Below, piece after piece: positions 23,960-37,612 of a DNA stretch of 64,000 bases (positions within the stretch are counted from its first letter, which is position 1; each line of letters begins with the position of its first letter). The stretch is taken from NCBI GenBank assembly GCA_030704615.1, contig CM060733.1, forward strand, positions 23,064,001 through 23,128,000, given 5' to 3'. The translations under genes and the position numbers were made by a program. Below the pieces are notes generated by a model. The model ran no database searches and was not told the DNA's origin. It was given only the letters and a program-made list of their open reading frames with translations. Source of the DNA: Takakia lepidozioides (taxonomy: Eukaryota > Plantae > Bryophyta).

Positions 23960-26869
23960 CCCTATCCCATGGAGCGTTACTTGAAAGATCTCAAGGGGTG
24001 TGTTAGGAATTTAGCAAAGCCAGAAGGGAGTATGGCTGCAGGGTATATTCTTGATGAGGCCATGGGGTTCATGACTGAGTATATGCAATTATTTGATGGA
24101 ACTCAACGGTAGATTTGGGATGCAAATGAGGACGAAGGCGTTGAGGATGAGGTCTTGGAAGGTGGAGGCAAAAAGCGGGACATGAGTGGAGCTGAGAGAG
24201 ATGCAGCACATTTGTATGTGCTGAACAATACCAATGTCATGGCATGGCTCATTGGGTGTAGTGAGTACTTCTTTTCATTGCTCCTTATTCATATCAAGTT
24301 CAATTTCAATTCTGACTGTCGCCAGTGGTTCAATCCACCCACAAAGTCACAAATGTCGGTAAGTATCAGTGGTTCATTGTGATTATAACCACTTCTGTAG
24401 TAACTTAATGTCTGAGTGAGTGGATTTTTGTAAGAGCATGTTCATTTACAAGTGATTTTGCTCACTCCTCTAGTGGTTTGAAACAGTGGTTTTCAAAGTA
24501 TCATTCATACTAAGTACTTTTTGTTAAGTAATGCAACACTTCATTGCTAACATGTGTCATTCTTGTTGCCATTTTGTGACAAAAAGTATGCAACGGAGAA
24601 GGCACAGTTCACAGCAGACAGAGAGGCATGTGGTCGTGAGTGGCGTGCCAATCGAAGTCACCGCAACCTTCCGGTGCAATACCCTCATCATTTGTTGGAG
24701 TTTCCACCCCTACCGGTATGGATACGCCGTGCAGTCCAGGCCCATGTCTCTGAGCACAGTGTTGAGGATAGGGATCTCGTTCATTTGTCTAGTCTCCCCT
24801 CATTGAGATCAGTTTCATTTCGTGGCATGAAGGCATATGGAAATCATTATCGAGTGGACGACACGGAGAGTCATCTTCTTGTCTCTTTTGATTCTGGAGT
24901 TGCATCTGTCTCCCACCAACAGAGTAGAAATAGTGTGCGTGATAGAAATCCAGTCATGTCACCATTAGTGTACGTTGGGGTTATCAAAGAGATCTTGAAA
25001 CTGGATTGTGGACGAGTGCACCCCATTGTATTTCATTGTGCTTGGGTGAGGGCCAAAATGCTACAATGAAGCAGGATTCGTACGGTTTTCTACTTGCGAA
25101 TTTTGGGAGGATGTTACCTGAAAATGAAGAGCCGTTCATCTTTCCATCTCAAGTTGAATAGATGTTCTTTTCGGATGAGTCCCCAAGTTCGGAGTGGAAG
25201 GTAGTCCTTCAGAAAGCAATAAGGATTGTGGCGGACGTAGATCAATGTGACATTGGAGAAAATACAGATTTCGATGGCATTCGGGCACCGTCTACCTTAT
25301 CAGATCATCCAATACCTAGGTCATTAGATGGTGTCACGGCTCTAAATAAAGAAGAGCTGGCTATGTTGGCTACCATTTAAGCGGCATTTATACAACCAAC
25401 CGCTATTCCAGTTGAGGAAAGTGATTCAAAGAGTGACGAATATGATTCAGATTCAGAATACAGTTTATTGTTGGAACCATTTGTTCAATAGCATCATCCT
25501 ACGATGGTCTGGACCATTGTTGTACTGGTATGTCCATTTTGATATACCAGACTGGTAGTGGTAGGTCCAACTTGGCTCTTGGGTCCAACTGGTAGGGTCC
25601 GGGGTAGATTAGGACTAGCCAGGGTAGGTTATAGGATGGGTATGGGTTTTCCGATTTTGATATACCCTGGTCCCAGGCATGGGTATGGCAAAAACTCAAA
25701 TGACATATGGGGGCAGCATGTGCAATGGTATGGTATACCCTAACAGTCATCATGTTGTATTCAAAGCTCAAATTAAAACCAGATTGATGGCAACATACAA
25801 AAGGTAAAAAAAAATTTCAATCACACATGCCATGCAAACTAGTTTGTATTGCTCATAAATTAGCGAAGGTCTTTGTATTGTAAGGCTGGAAATGGGAGAA
25901 AAGCTCGATGCCATGACAAAAACTGAAGAAATCTTGCATATTGTACCTTGTATGCTGATCATTGTACGCCATACCTTCTACCCCTATTGTATCATTACAC
26001 ATACCCATGCTAGCTTGGGTTCATCAATCCTCAGTACGGGTCTCAAGCGGAATATGAAAGTAGTTCATACTTAGACTGGTATGGTAGGTAGGGGGTTAGG
26101 TCCAGTGTTCGAAACCCGGGTCCATGGTATAGCCGGGGTATATGCCCCAAGACATATCCAACTGGTATGTTCTACAATACATTTACTCATACTAGTGCAC
26201 ATACCCCGGCCTATTGGCACATACCAATACAACACTGGTCTGGACACTTGTCTGTTTTTCAAAGTCTGTCACAGGTGCACAAACCACTTAAAGTTTTTCA
26301 TGTATCACCACAAAAGTGGTACCAATTGTCACTGTTGTGTAGGTAACCACTCGTGAGCGACCACTAAAATAGTGGTTCCACTTATTGTAGTGTCTTTCAC
26401 CACCCACTCTCCACCACTGTCCAAGTGGTACAAATCAATGAGGTGACTTTAACCACTCAAGATCAACGTGCATTGTCCCCGTCCACGTGGAATATTATAT
26501 TTAATAATTAAAATATATTTCTAAATCATAAATCATGAATAAAATCTGAATTATTACACGTGGAGTAGCAAGTGGTTTCAACCACTTCCCATCACTGAGG
26601 TGTCTATAACCACTCACAATCTACCACTGTACCCGTCCACGTGGAATATAATATTTATTAACTAAAATATATTACCAAATAATAAATAATAAATAAATTA
26701 TTACACGTGACTACTGAGTGGTTGAAACCACTTCCAACCACTGTATGTGATGCCACCGTGGCATTTCATCGGGATTAACCACTGGCAAGTGGTTACTAAT
26801 GGTTTATAGAGTGGGAAAAGACAGTAGTGGTTAAAGGGCCAGTGGTTATTCCGCGTTTTCCTTCTAGTG
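23960..26869 (+). mobile_element. CACTA element, 3' half: transposase C-terminus (DUF4218/DUF4216-like) and right terminus
   Basis: PMERYLKDLKGCVRNLAKPEGSMAAGY, GMKAYGNHYRV..DSGVAS..YVGVIKEILKLD..FHCAWV, EPFIFPSQVE with stops. Terminus ...CCTTCTAGTG at 26869 and dense ACCACT/AGTGGT subterminal repeats at 26280-26850. Confidence 0.88.
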
Positions 26870-29800
26870 AAAAAACCAAGGCACAAACGCGAATTTCATA
26901 GATAGTTAATTTTTTATGAAGAGGTGAAAAAAATGTGGGAGTGTCATCATGAAGCTTAATGAGAGTTTAATCTTGAAGAAGAGGTGAAAAAAATTGGAGT
27001 GACATGGTGAAGGTCAGTGAGGGTTGAATTTCGAAGAAGAGGTGAAAAAACCGGAGCAACAAAGATGACCAACGATGGTTCGATTTTGAAGAAGAGGTGA
27101 AAAAAAAACGTATGATATCTTGAAGATCAATGAATATTCTCAGAGAATTAAGCTTGTATTGACGCAAGCTTAATCCCAGCCCCTGTTGGCATATGGGAAT
27201 TCAAAAATAAAATAAAATAAAATAAAACTGAGTCCTAGCGAACTGCCCTGTTCGTGCAGGGAAACAGGCTGGGAATTAAGCTTGCACTTCGATCTCAATT
27301 CTTCACATATGGGCCAATGTCACATGCTACCCTAGATCTCCCAAACTGTATGGCCAAAGTGGGCATGTGAACATACCGAATTTCAGGTACTTTTGGTCGC
27401 TGGAAATTCGTGAAAATAGCAAAGTGGGCTTTCCTGGACAATGCTTAGATATATCAATATATGAAGCCTCGACAGGAGATATGTCACTTTATGAAGCCTT
27501 GATAGGAGACGCACTTGGATACATAGGGGGTTGCACTGGACAATTTGTTGGTCGGTCGTTGGCCTAAGTGTCCAGTGTCAACTAAGTCCAAGTGCAATCC
27601 CCTATGTATCCAGAGACCCTGCAGTTTGGGATTAGATCTCCACGTCATTGTTCCAAGAAAACCCACTTTGCCTGTGTTGTTGGCCCATGTGTGAAGAATT
27701 CAAATCTAAGACCAAGTGCAATTTCCTACGTATCCAAGTGTGTCTCCTATATTAAGGCCCTGTGGTGTGAAAGAAAGGGGCTAAAACATAAACCCTTGAC
27801 ATTAACACTAGTTTATTAGAGTAGTTACATATCCCACCCATGCCACAGCGGAAGGGAAGATATAGGCGGGTGTCCAACTGATTTCATAAACCAATGGCAT
27901 GAACATGTGATTACGCATCCATCCCTCGGACCAGGATTCCTGTTTGAAATTACAATGCACTACAAGAATTTGCGAGGGGAAAGAGAAGCCAGAAATGACA
28001 CTTTGACAAGCTGCAGATGGTTGCATCGTCTTGCGTTTTGTGACAGTGCAAAACGGCGTGGTTGAAGCTGTGGAACTCCGACCTTGACTCAAGGAACAAA
28101 TTGAAATTCCCCATCCTGAAATCATGTCCCGAGACAGCTCTGGGCGACTGGTTGGACAAGGCAACATGGTGGTGGCAGGTAATGCGCCATTGTGGAGCTG
28201 TTGTGAAGGTATTTGCGGGAGTGGTCCAGCTTACTTCCGCCTTTGTTTTTGGTTTTTCAATTTCAGGCCTTTATGCAATTTTTTGCTGTTGGATTGTCCG
28301 TAGGAAGGAGGCCGAGCGACAGCTGAGGCTTCTTGTGGAGGTTGGACATTTCTCGTTGCCATTGCGAGAGGAGGCCCCAGACATGGTAGGGCTGCAGGGA
28401 ATGGGTACAGGATTTCCGCGTCACATACTGGTCGCAGCTTTTTCCTTGAGAGATGGCGGATGGTCCTCTTTGGAGTGTTTTCATCCTGGAGCAGCCGGGG
28501 AAGCTGTAAGTAATACATCCAATCATTGTTGATATATCTCTTGTCGAGGCTCCAATCATTGTTCCAAGAAAGCCCACTCTGCTATTTTTTGCGAATATCT
28601 AGAGACCAAAAGTACTTGAAAAAATTAACTTATGTTTTTTGTTCAAATATATTTTTATATTGATAGATAATGATATGCCTAACATTTTTAGTAAGGGGGT
28701 CCATCCTAAATATTTGATATTATTTATTAAAAATATTATTCTATAATTTAAAAAAAATAACTAATTTGTAGGTCCCCAATTCTATAGGACATTTGTCCAT
28801 CTAGTTATAAGAACTTGCAGATAATTATAATCTTTAATCATTGAAGAGTTCTATCCAAATATAATTTTTTTTGAACACCATGGACTTTTGAAATTTTGGG
28901 TATATAAAAGTCCATAACACACTAACAAATGAATGAAATTGTCTACAGATTCATCCATGTCTCTTATTCATCGAGACATTTTTAAGGTAATCTATATTCA
29001 GAGTCCATGTGTAAAATGGCTAAGTCCAAGTTAGTGTTTGAGAGTCCAATTGTGAACAAACTGGGAATGTGACAGCCTAGAGTGCAAGTCCTAAAAAATC
29101 CATAGCTCCATGAAAAATCATCTAATTTGCAAAATAATCATACCAACATGTAGATATGGTAGATGACTAGCAACATTCAATCTCATTTGGGATGAAGATA
29201 AACTTATTTGCACAATGTTATAGATAATATGAAGAGCACCCATTGAAAAACTGCAGTGCGACGTCCAAATTGAGCCACCTTAGCCTGCACTCACCCCTCA
29301 ACGATACAAAACAAAACAAAAGAAACAAACAAACTATCTTGCTTCATATGTTGATTAGATACGATAATCAGTAATAAACATATATTACATTTCAATGGTA
29401 TTGCGAGCACACAATTCAATTGAATTGCAACTGCACCTTAAATTGAGTTGAAGGTATTTTTGGCAAATCAACTGATATCTGTATGTGATCAATTAATTTG
29501 CAAATTAATACCTTTTTGGAATTCTCTGTATACACATGTGTTTAGAAAGTGCTTGGATGTTCGGAGGCCCAAAGAATGTCCATGTGCAGCCAATTGTCAG
29601 ATAAAAAATAAAGATAATTGGTATACAATTAAGATACTAGTTAATCCCAATTTACCAAAGTTAAATTAGCCTAGGACTAGATAACATGACAATGATAGCT
29701 TCCTCAACTTACATTGTACTTCCCAATTTTGTTGTGCATCTTCGTCTGATAAGCTGCTAGGTTCTTCTCCAGCGCGACATCGATTATTTTGTCACTCTCT

Positions 29801-31510
29801 GGTGTGTCGGGAAAATGTGCATATGATGCAAAGGTTATGTTTGTGGTTTTTTTTAGTCCCTATGCGCCCATGTACTCAACCAAATCCTCTTGAGTTAGAG
29901 TCATCCAACTATCACGCTTGTTCTTGCACTTTTTATTATACAGTTCCGCGGAGAAAGACTTCTCGTAGTCTTCCAACAGTGTCATTGCTACAAGCTGGAA
30001 GTAGTACAGTTTGTGGGAGAGGTCCGACTTCACATTGCCCTCTGATATCATGCTGCATACAGACAAAATATGCACCACAATTGTGAATGCATGGAACACA
30101 ATGCAGGGTAACCACCTGCAAGTCGGCGCCAACTTACAGATCACCATCATACATAGACAAAAGCTTTGTTGCACCACAGTGACATTAATGTCGCATCCAC
30201 GGGTCCAGGGTGGTGGATCTGACTCTCGGAACAGGTGCTTCTTTTGATTTGACTGTCAGTTTTGCATTGCCCAACTGTGCTTTGCATTGCATTTGTTTCT
30301 TGGTAATGGGTTGCGTTCAATCATCGTGCATCTTTCCATGCAAGGGCTTCATTCCATGCGTGCAAGGCAGCAAGAAGGCATCTGTTTGCCTTTGAGGCCG
30401 ATGCGGAGCTTTACAAGGAGGTCATAGCTCATCTTCATGAGGGCTCGTCTTCTAGCACATAGACAGATAAGGAGGCGGTTGTGGCAGTAGCCTTGGATCA
30501 CGAGGATATGGAGATTGACGACGATTTTGAGTGTGAGTAAGTCTTGGCCATGTACTGTTGTGAATCATTTTGTCTTTGCTTTTTGTTCATGACTCTACCC
30601 TCTACAGTGCTGTCCATGTGCTTAATTGACTAGCAACTTTGTGCTGTTATTGCAGGATACTTGAGACGCCCAGGAATATCCCTTTCTTTGCCAACCAGGA
30701 CTTCTTCCCGAGTCCGCCGACCATCCTGAAGTTGCCATGCTATGCGGAGGCTGCAGCCACAGAGTTTAGTCTGCAGGCATCTCCCCCTCCTCTGCTCTGC
30801 GACCGTAGGGCAAATGTGCGCAGCAGAGCTAGGGTCTACATAGATGGTAGCACTTTCAGAGTCGGATGCAAACTCCAGTTGCAGTGGATAGTGGCCTTTT
30901 TCGGAATGACTCACATTGTCTCGAAATATCTATCTATGACCCTGTGAGGGGGCATGTTTGTTTTGTGCCTCTCTTTCTGTTGCTGTCTCCATAACTCATT
31001 TCATGCATACAACTCCTTTAATCCAAATTCGCAACTCAATTCCTTCATTTTCTATGGGTCGATAATACATGCGGAGGTTATCCACTCATGCATTGTTCAT
31101 GCATCGCTATGAATATTCATCCAAAAATCATCTTCCATTCATCTATTATTCTATTACTCATTAGCCACTCATCCACTATTCATCCTTCATTCATCCAACG
31201 TTCATCCAACTTCCATCCAACATTCATCCAACATTTGTCCAAGTATACACAATATGTATTGTGGAGAATTTTGCAACACTTGTTTGTATGCACTCATTCC
31301 CTCAAAAATAGGTCTCCCGGGGCTTCCGCATCCACGGTTGTAGGCCCATGCATCCTATTGTGTGAGAATCTTCCCACTCACGGATTGGCATCTACCCGCT
31401 CACGGATCTTCCCGCTCATATGAGCCACTCATGAACTAGCACTCCCCGACTGCTAGTCATGAGGGACTTACGATGACTCAAAAATAGTCGTCAATCTCAA
31501 TTGCAAAACC

Positions 31511-31527
31511 CTGTTTCTCTTGTAGTG
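31511..31527 (-). mobile_element. Isolated CACTA-type terminus (CACTACAAGAGAAACAG)
   Basis: Canonical terminal motif at the boundary with LINE sequence; no partner end with matching TSD found. Confidence 0.5.
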
Positions 31528-32640
31528 GAGGCAAGGGTGCTGGTCCAAAGGTGTTTGATTTGAGAAAGACCCCTTGATACCCACGCCGCCCAGCGTCTGG
31601 CCTAGCTTTCCTCTAACGGAGTAGGATTGTCTGAATTGAGGAACAAATGATGCCTCATTGTCTCATGATAAGAGGAGGGTTCATATTTTCTCAAAAAGGG
31701 TCGAAACCTATTCCATGCTTCCATATTGATCTCCAAATTAGTGGCGAGCCAACATCTTTGTGGTTGAATCCGTGGGTTATCCATCTGGTAGAGTCAGATT
31801 TCCATTAAGTGTTTTGAAGGGGAGAACTCATGGAGATTGGGCTGGTCACCAGCAATTTCCACCAGCGCCCCCTTTCAGGGCCTAGAAATCCGGGGGAGCC
31901 ATTCCCCCAGCAGTGTATGAATCTGAGTTTCAAGGTCTAGTACTCCTAGGCCACCTTTTTTTTTTGGAAGACATATTTGCTTCCAGGAGACTTGAGGTCT
32001 TTTGTTCTAGTTTGAGGCGCACCCCAGATAAAATTCCTTATGCATTTCTTGATCTCATTTACGAAGCTGGAGTTGGGCCCCCATGTCGATGCGAAGTACT
32101 ATATTCCGGCCATTAGAATCTGATTCGCAGTGAGTGCTCTCCATTTGATGGAAAGGAAGGGGAATCCCTAGTATGCTAGTTTCTATTTCAATTTAGAGAT
32201 TGTGGGTCTCATCCTTTGTTCATAAGTGAGGTCCAGGCCGAAAGTATGCCCCAACAGAATTATAGGCTCCCCCTTTTGGAGCCATACTAAATCGAAGTTG
32301 TTACCGCAAGTGGGGATGCAGAGGAGTCCCCCACCAAGAGTGCTTTGGTTTTAGACCAGTTAACTCTGAATCCAGAGACCTGATAGAACTGTCGGAGGGC
32401 TTCCTTCGTTGTCCGTAGAGTCGAAGGGGATGAAGAGAAGGGTGCCAAAGGGCACCCTTGTCCCACCGATCTTTGTAACGAAAAGGGCTTGGACAGATGA
32501 CCATTATAAATGACAACTCTGCTTGTAGAAATATTGAACAAGAATATCTCTACCCAGCGGTAGAACCCTACTAGAAGACCTGTTTTGTGGAGGTCAGCCA
32601 AGAGGAAGGACCAATCAACCTTGTCAAAGGCTTATATTTA
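31528..32640 (-). mobile_element. L1-type LINE reverse transcriptase remnant
   Basis: AFDKVDWSFLL..GFYRWV..NGHLSKPFSLQRSVGQGCPLAP and FYQVSGFRVNWSKT; deleted and degenerate. Confidence 0.85.
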
Positions 32641-32684
32641 GGAGTAAAATCCAGTTTTGTCCATGTTATGCTGAGAGTTTGAAC

Positions 32685-33490
32685 AAGTGTTGTGTGGGTA
32701 AATAGATTTTTGCTTACCCTCCGAGTAAGGGTAAATAAAAATCAGATGATTATTTATCCTCCGGGTAAGGGTAAATGATTTATATGTCCATTTATTTATC
32801 CTACGGATAAAGGATAAAGCTAATATTTTTGACCGGATAAGGATAAATACCGGGTAAGGATAAATGATTTACCCTTTCTATCAATTTTTGGTCTATGGTT
32901 TGAGGCTGATTGTATCATATATTGTGAATAATATGAGGGATGATCATGAGCGTATTTCTTTACACCAAAGATAATAATCAAACAAACCCAATTAAGACCA
33001 TGTACGAGTGCTTCGTCCACGAAACTAGTGCCTCCGAGATCCAGTTTGAGTTGATAGCACTGGAAACTACCTGCCCGTGCACTCTTAAGCAAAGTGACTC
33101 TTGCTTTTCATAGAGATGAAGCCCACATGAGAATTGTCCCCCCCCCCCCCTATATGGTGCACGACAATGGTACGCCCTTGGAGATGGTGATAGAGGGAGG
33201 ATGCTTGCACAAGGGACCCTTGAGTGAAGGCCCTCCTACTTAGGGATGAAGGAGAGTTTTTTTATTTACCTTTTTGCTATTTACCCTCCAAAAATCAATC
33301 TTTATCCACGGGTAAAGGTTATATGGAAATTATTTACCCATCAGACGGTAAGGGTATCTCAGATTATTTACTCGTCTGAAGGGGTAAGTGTAAGGGTAAA
33401 TGAAATGGGCCAATCCGGGTAAATCATTTACCCTTATCCCGATTTCCCCGCCAGGTAAATCCGGGTGAATGTTTTACCAGCACAACACTG
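32685..33490. mobile_element. Non-autonomous hAT element
   Basis: TIRs (A)AGTGTTGTGTGGGTAAA / TTTACCAGCACAACACTG, many GGGTAA/TTACCC subterminal motifs, degenerate 8-bp TSD GTTTGAAC / GTTTGAGA. Confidence 0.75.
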
Positions 33491-34037
33491 GTTTGAGACC
33501 GAAGAGTGGGAGGGGAGGGAGAAGACCTAACAGAAACCCGTCCTGTTACCAGTCAGAGCCAACAGGCCTAGGACGACGGACCATTTAACAGAGATAGAAT
33601 TGTCGTTTGATATGCCAAAGATTCCGGTCAATCATCCATCCATGATGTATTGGATGAGTAGTGCTGATTGAGGATGATACGTCGCGATGGATGGAGAATC
33701 TGGATTCATGTCGGTCGTTGTAACTGGATGGACTAAATCAGCTTTCCATCTGAATGGATGAATGAATGTATAATAAGGGGGCGACAATAATAAAAGCTCC
33801 ATTGAAAAGGAAAAATAGTTTTTAATTCGTGTATTCGTAATTCGTGCCGGCTAACTAACTGAGAAAAGAAACCAAGGACTCAGGTAGTTAGGGTAACCAA
33901 AACGAAAGGAAGGGAAGGGAGGGGATGGGTGTCGTCCAGATGCGGACCGGTTGGGGGAGACGGTGGACGGCGCGGGGCGTCGTTGGACGGAAGCAGAGCG
34001 TTCGTCCACAGAGAGGGCGAGAGAGAGAAGGGCAGCC

Positions 34038-36882
34038 ATGGAGGAGGAGGAGCTGGTGGCTTGCGAGCACCACGACCTGGGCACGCCCGAGAGCCAGCAA
34101 GAGCACCATCACCATCACGATCACACAGTAGATGTCGATGAGGAGATTCTAGGAGGTAAGCTTGAGATCGTGGTGAAGACAGGGGGCCGGGAGCCGGCAA
34201 CAGAGTGGAGCGAAGCGGCGACGTCGGTGTTGATAGCTGCGTTCAGGTATGGTGGTCTTTACTCGCTGAAGAGCGAGGGTTTGGGAGGTGAGCGGGATAG
34301 GATGTGGTTCTTGGTTGTGGGTGGGGGTTCTGCTCGTGGTGCTGAGGTGGCCGTGAAAGGCGCGGCACTGTTGTGGGAGATCGGGGTCTGTTGCCATGTG
34401 TGGAATCAATTCTTGTGTGGCCTGGCCTATTGTGCGCAGGACAAGAAGGGATTAGCCGATGTTCTTTGTGGGGGATATGTGTTTTGGCACCTTTGCGGTT
34501 TGGAGAGAGAGATATTGAAGCCTGGTTTTATGTTGTTGGAAGTTGCTTAGAGGGCCGCTGGGCGTGTTTTCTTGGCTTGTCGCTCTTGGTCGGGAGAATC
34601 TGGGTTTCCGGGACGAGTAAGAGCAGAACTAACGTATTAGGTGACTGGTTGGAGACAGGGATAAATTTCATGCGTTGGACCGCAACAATTTCCGTAGCAA
34701 AGACTGGGCAGACGTAGCCAAGAGTGTGAATGCGCGATGTGGAAATGAGAAGACTCCTAAAACCCAGGAGCAATGCCGCATGAAAGTGGACAGCTTGAAG
34801 AAACGCTATCGACAGGTTTGGAACTTTCTTCATGATTAGACAGAGAAGATTTTTTTCATAATGCCAGGCCTGTTCTTGGCAGGACGGCTTAGGCTAAGGA
34901 CATACACAAGACAAGAAAGAAGGGTATCGCCCCTTAGTCCTGTCATGTCTAGCCGCCTGGATGTACTGGAATCTCCCATCCCAGTAGCATGTGTTTTGTC
35001 GTGACACTGAGTTGGAAATCGAGAAACTGATATCAGCTTGGAGTATGTGTTAGTAGTGTCTTGCTTTCTTGAGGTGTGCTATCCATTGGTGTTCTTTTGA
35101 TGCTCTCAGTCAGACAACGGTCATAGTGAAAAATCCAGAAATCTCTATACTGCATCATACACCAGCTTTTACTGGCTTTGTAAGAACCAAGGAGCTCAGC
35201 CCACGAGTAATGTGTTACTTTGCAGGAGAAAGATAAGCTGGCTGGTAATGTTCCCTGCAAATGGCCTTGGTTTGAGGTCTTGGACGATCTGATAGGTGGC
35301 AGTCCCAAGCAGTCACGGATCGGCTCTGGTCGGAAGCAACGCTACTTACGCTCCCCTACCCAAGGTTATGGTAGTGGGGAATCTCCTCTGTTTCCCTCTC
35401 TGCTGCAATCTTCTTCGTCATTATCTTCTGGATTTATTCTGTTATTGCTGGTGGGCTTTTTCCCCTCCTTCTAGTGATGGTTTCTGTTTTCGGGTCCAGT
35501 TTTTCACTTCATCTCTCAAACACGGTAATGGGTAGATTCATCGTCTGGTCGGCTAAGTGGTTGGTTCATCCAGTTCATTACTTTTTTGTGGTCATTCCTG
35601 ACCAAGATTTGAGTAGTCAGTGCTTTTCTCTTGTCCAAGTCTACCAGCTTATTTGAAAGCAAGACATTGGGTGGCAACGACAATGTAAACTTCTTTAGTT
35701 AGTTACAAATAGAGCAGTACATGTGACCAAGGTGATAGAGCAACCAAAGAGCAACTTCCGTCCACCTACAGCTCAATGGCTTCTGTGTTGGGGTCTGTGC
35801 AGGGATCTCACCAAGTGTGTATCTTAAGAAGAAGTTGGCAAGGGTGGTGAATTTACAGGACGTGGTGGGGCAGGCACTGATGGCAGGGTCATTGGAGGAT
35901 AATATTGTTGCGCTCCTTCACAATTTTTTGGAAGAGGAGACGGCACGAAATTTTGCTAAAAAACTGGCCTCCAGCAAGTATACAGTAGCCACTCTCCTAG
36001 AAATGTCAGAGAGGGAGCTTGATGAAATTTTGGCGGAAGAGTTCCCAGAGGCTGCTAGAGGAGAGAGACGTGGGTTCAAGGCTGCCATCTGGTCCAAGAA
36101 AAGGAAGCTTGCTCAAGGTACAAAATTATGCTCTTGCATTGGGTGGTTGAAGAGGTAGTTACTTGGGTGCCTTTGACAGAACTATTGGGTGATTTGGAAT
36201 TGCAACGCGACATCTGTGCATGGATGTAGGTAATTGTAACAAAGGGGGTATAGCTTCAATTTCACTGTCCCTTGCTCTAAGTATGTGGTTGTGTGGTTAA
36301 TGTGGCAGAGTGTGGAGATGAATTAGATATGGCGAATGCGAGTGGGTCGATCATGGAGATCTCTGACAATTTTGCAAAGAAGGAGAGGAAGTCGGGTTCG
36401 TTTGTACGGTAGCTGTTTTCATGTCAAGTTTAACACGAATTTATCTTTCTTACTGAGAGCTGGTGAAATGCGCCTCGACCCCACTTTATTCTCATTGTTC
36501 AAGGGGACCATGCGTTTTCTGTAACTGTATCATGAGATTTCTGTACTCCTCACTGTAGATGGAAAAGGCTTGAAAATTGTATTCTTATCCTTGAAATCAA
36601 GTGTTCTTTACACAGCTTGGGTCTCTCTGGTTGTCTGACTGTCAGTCTTAGTTACAGGCATTTTGTGCATTGACATTCCCTTGAGCTCTCCACATGTAGT
36701 ATCGCACCGGGGGTGAGAGTCGCATAGACGTGGGGTGGTGTAGTGGGCCAAGGTCAAGGTCTGCTGTCTGCTTGCTGTGTAGTGTGAAGGATCACCATGT
36801 TTTCTTTGAGATCTGTTTAGTAGCAATAGAGATAGATCTACCCTCTGAGTGTGACGATGAAAACACACCAGCTCTTGTCAAG
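34038..36882 (+). CDS. Trihelix (Myb/SANT-like, SIP1/ASIL-type) transcription factor with a LEAFY-like SAM domain; 3' end uncertain
   Basis: Phase-consistent GT-AG exons 34038-34246, 34659-34815, 35226-35364, 35803-36117, 36309-36408 and tentatively 36783-36882. Trihelix: EWSEAATSVLIAAFRDKF..KDWADVAKSVN..KTQEQCRMKVDSLKKRYRQEK..WPWFEVLDDLIG. SAM-like: YTVATLLEMSERELDEIL..GERRGFKAAI. Confidence 0.85.
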
Positions 36883-37265
36883 GTAATGGGTATTTCCTAC
36901 ACACACCAAATGTTTTTGCCAATTACCCAATCTTTGGATAATTACAAAATCCACTGTTCAGCATTTTCAGTACTGCTTTACTAAAGTCTTTTCTGGATTT
37001 CATTGTGCCTGCAAAATCTATCGAGAACTCCTTTTAAGAAGGTTTTCCCAAGCCGACACTGCCACGGTTTACCGATCTCAGATTGGCACAGGCCACCCTT
37101 TCTCAAATAATGAACATTGCCATGGCTCACAGAGAATCCATTCACTCAAATGGTGCCATTGAATGGTACAGATTGTTCCTCCGAAATCACTACAAAAGTG
37201 AGACCAGTTATGACACACTGCATCCTCAAAGCTGATGTGATGTACTCTTCATGCATGTTGCTTAT

Positions 37266-37612
37266 TCACCAGGAATGCCGACAAGGAAAAACCAGTTCTT
37301 GGAAGTGGTGAAAGCAGTTAACAACTGTTTTGCCAACAACATGAACTTGGTTGCCACACACAGGGCTGTGTTGATCAACCAAAATAATTGCCAGCTTCTC
37401 ACTGAGTGGCAAAGCTTTTGCTCCAACCCATGATTCTGTAGAAAGGTCTGTGTCAGGTATGTACCCAGACCCAGACTTTCAGCTCGGCAAGGATTTTCTC
37501 AATCAGTTGCAAATTGGTCTTCTACAATGAAAGTATGCATCCAGTCGTTCTGGCTCCCTTCTGACACCTGTCTTACATTATTTCTCTCACTTGTGGTGCA
37601 TTGTCCCACCTG
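37266..37612 (-). pseudogene. Degenerate E+/DYW deaminase domain downstream of the PPR stop
   Basis: Across frames: RWDNAPQVREIM, HTFIVED, GYIPDT, SEKLAI and FHHFQELVFPCRHSW*, in canonical DYW order with indels and stops. Confidence 0.8.

Noticed and set aside
27866-27885. Partial miR166-like sequence TCGGACCAGG
   Set aside because: Only 10 nt match and there is no hairpin partner.
27808-30947. Several 90-150 aa ORFs
   Set aside because: No recognisable motifs; probably decayed TE or gene fragments that I cannot assign.
27958-31527. CACTACAAGA ... TCTTGTAGTG as a complete CACTA element
   Set aside because: The flanking 3-mers differ (ATG versus GAG) and the inverted match stops at 10 bp.
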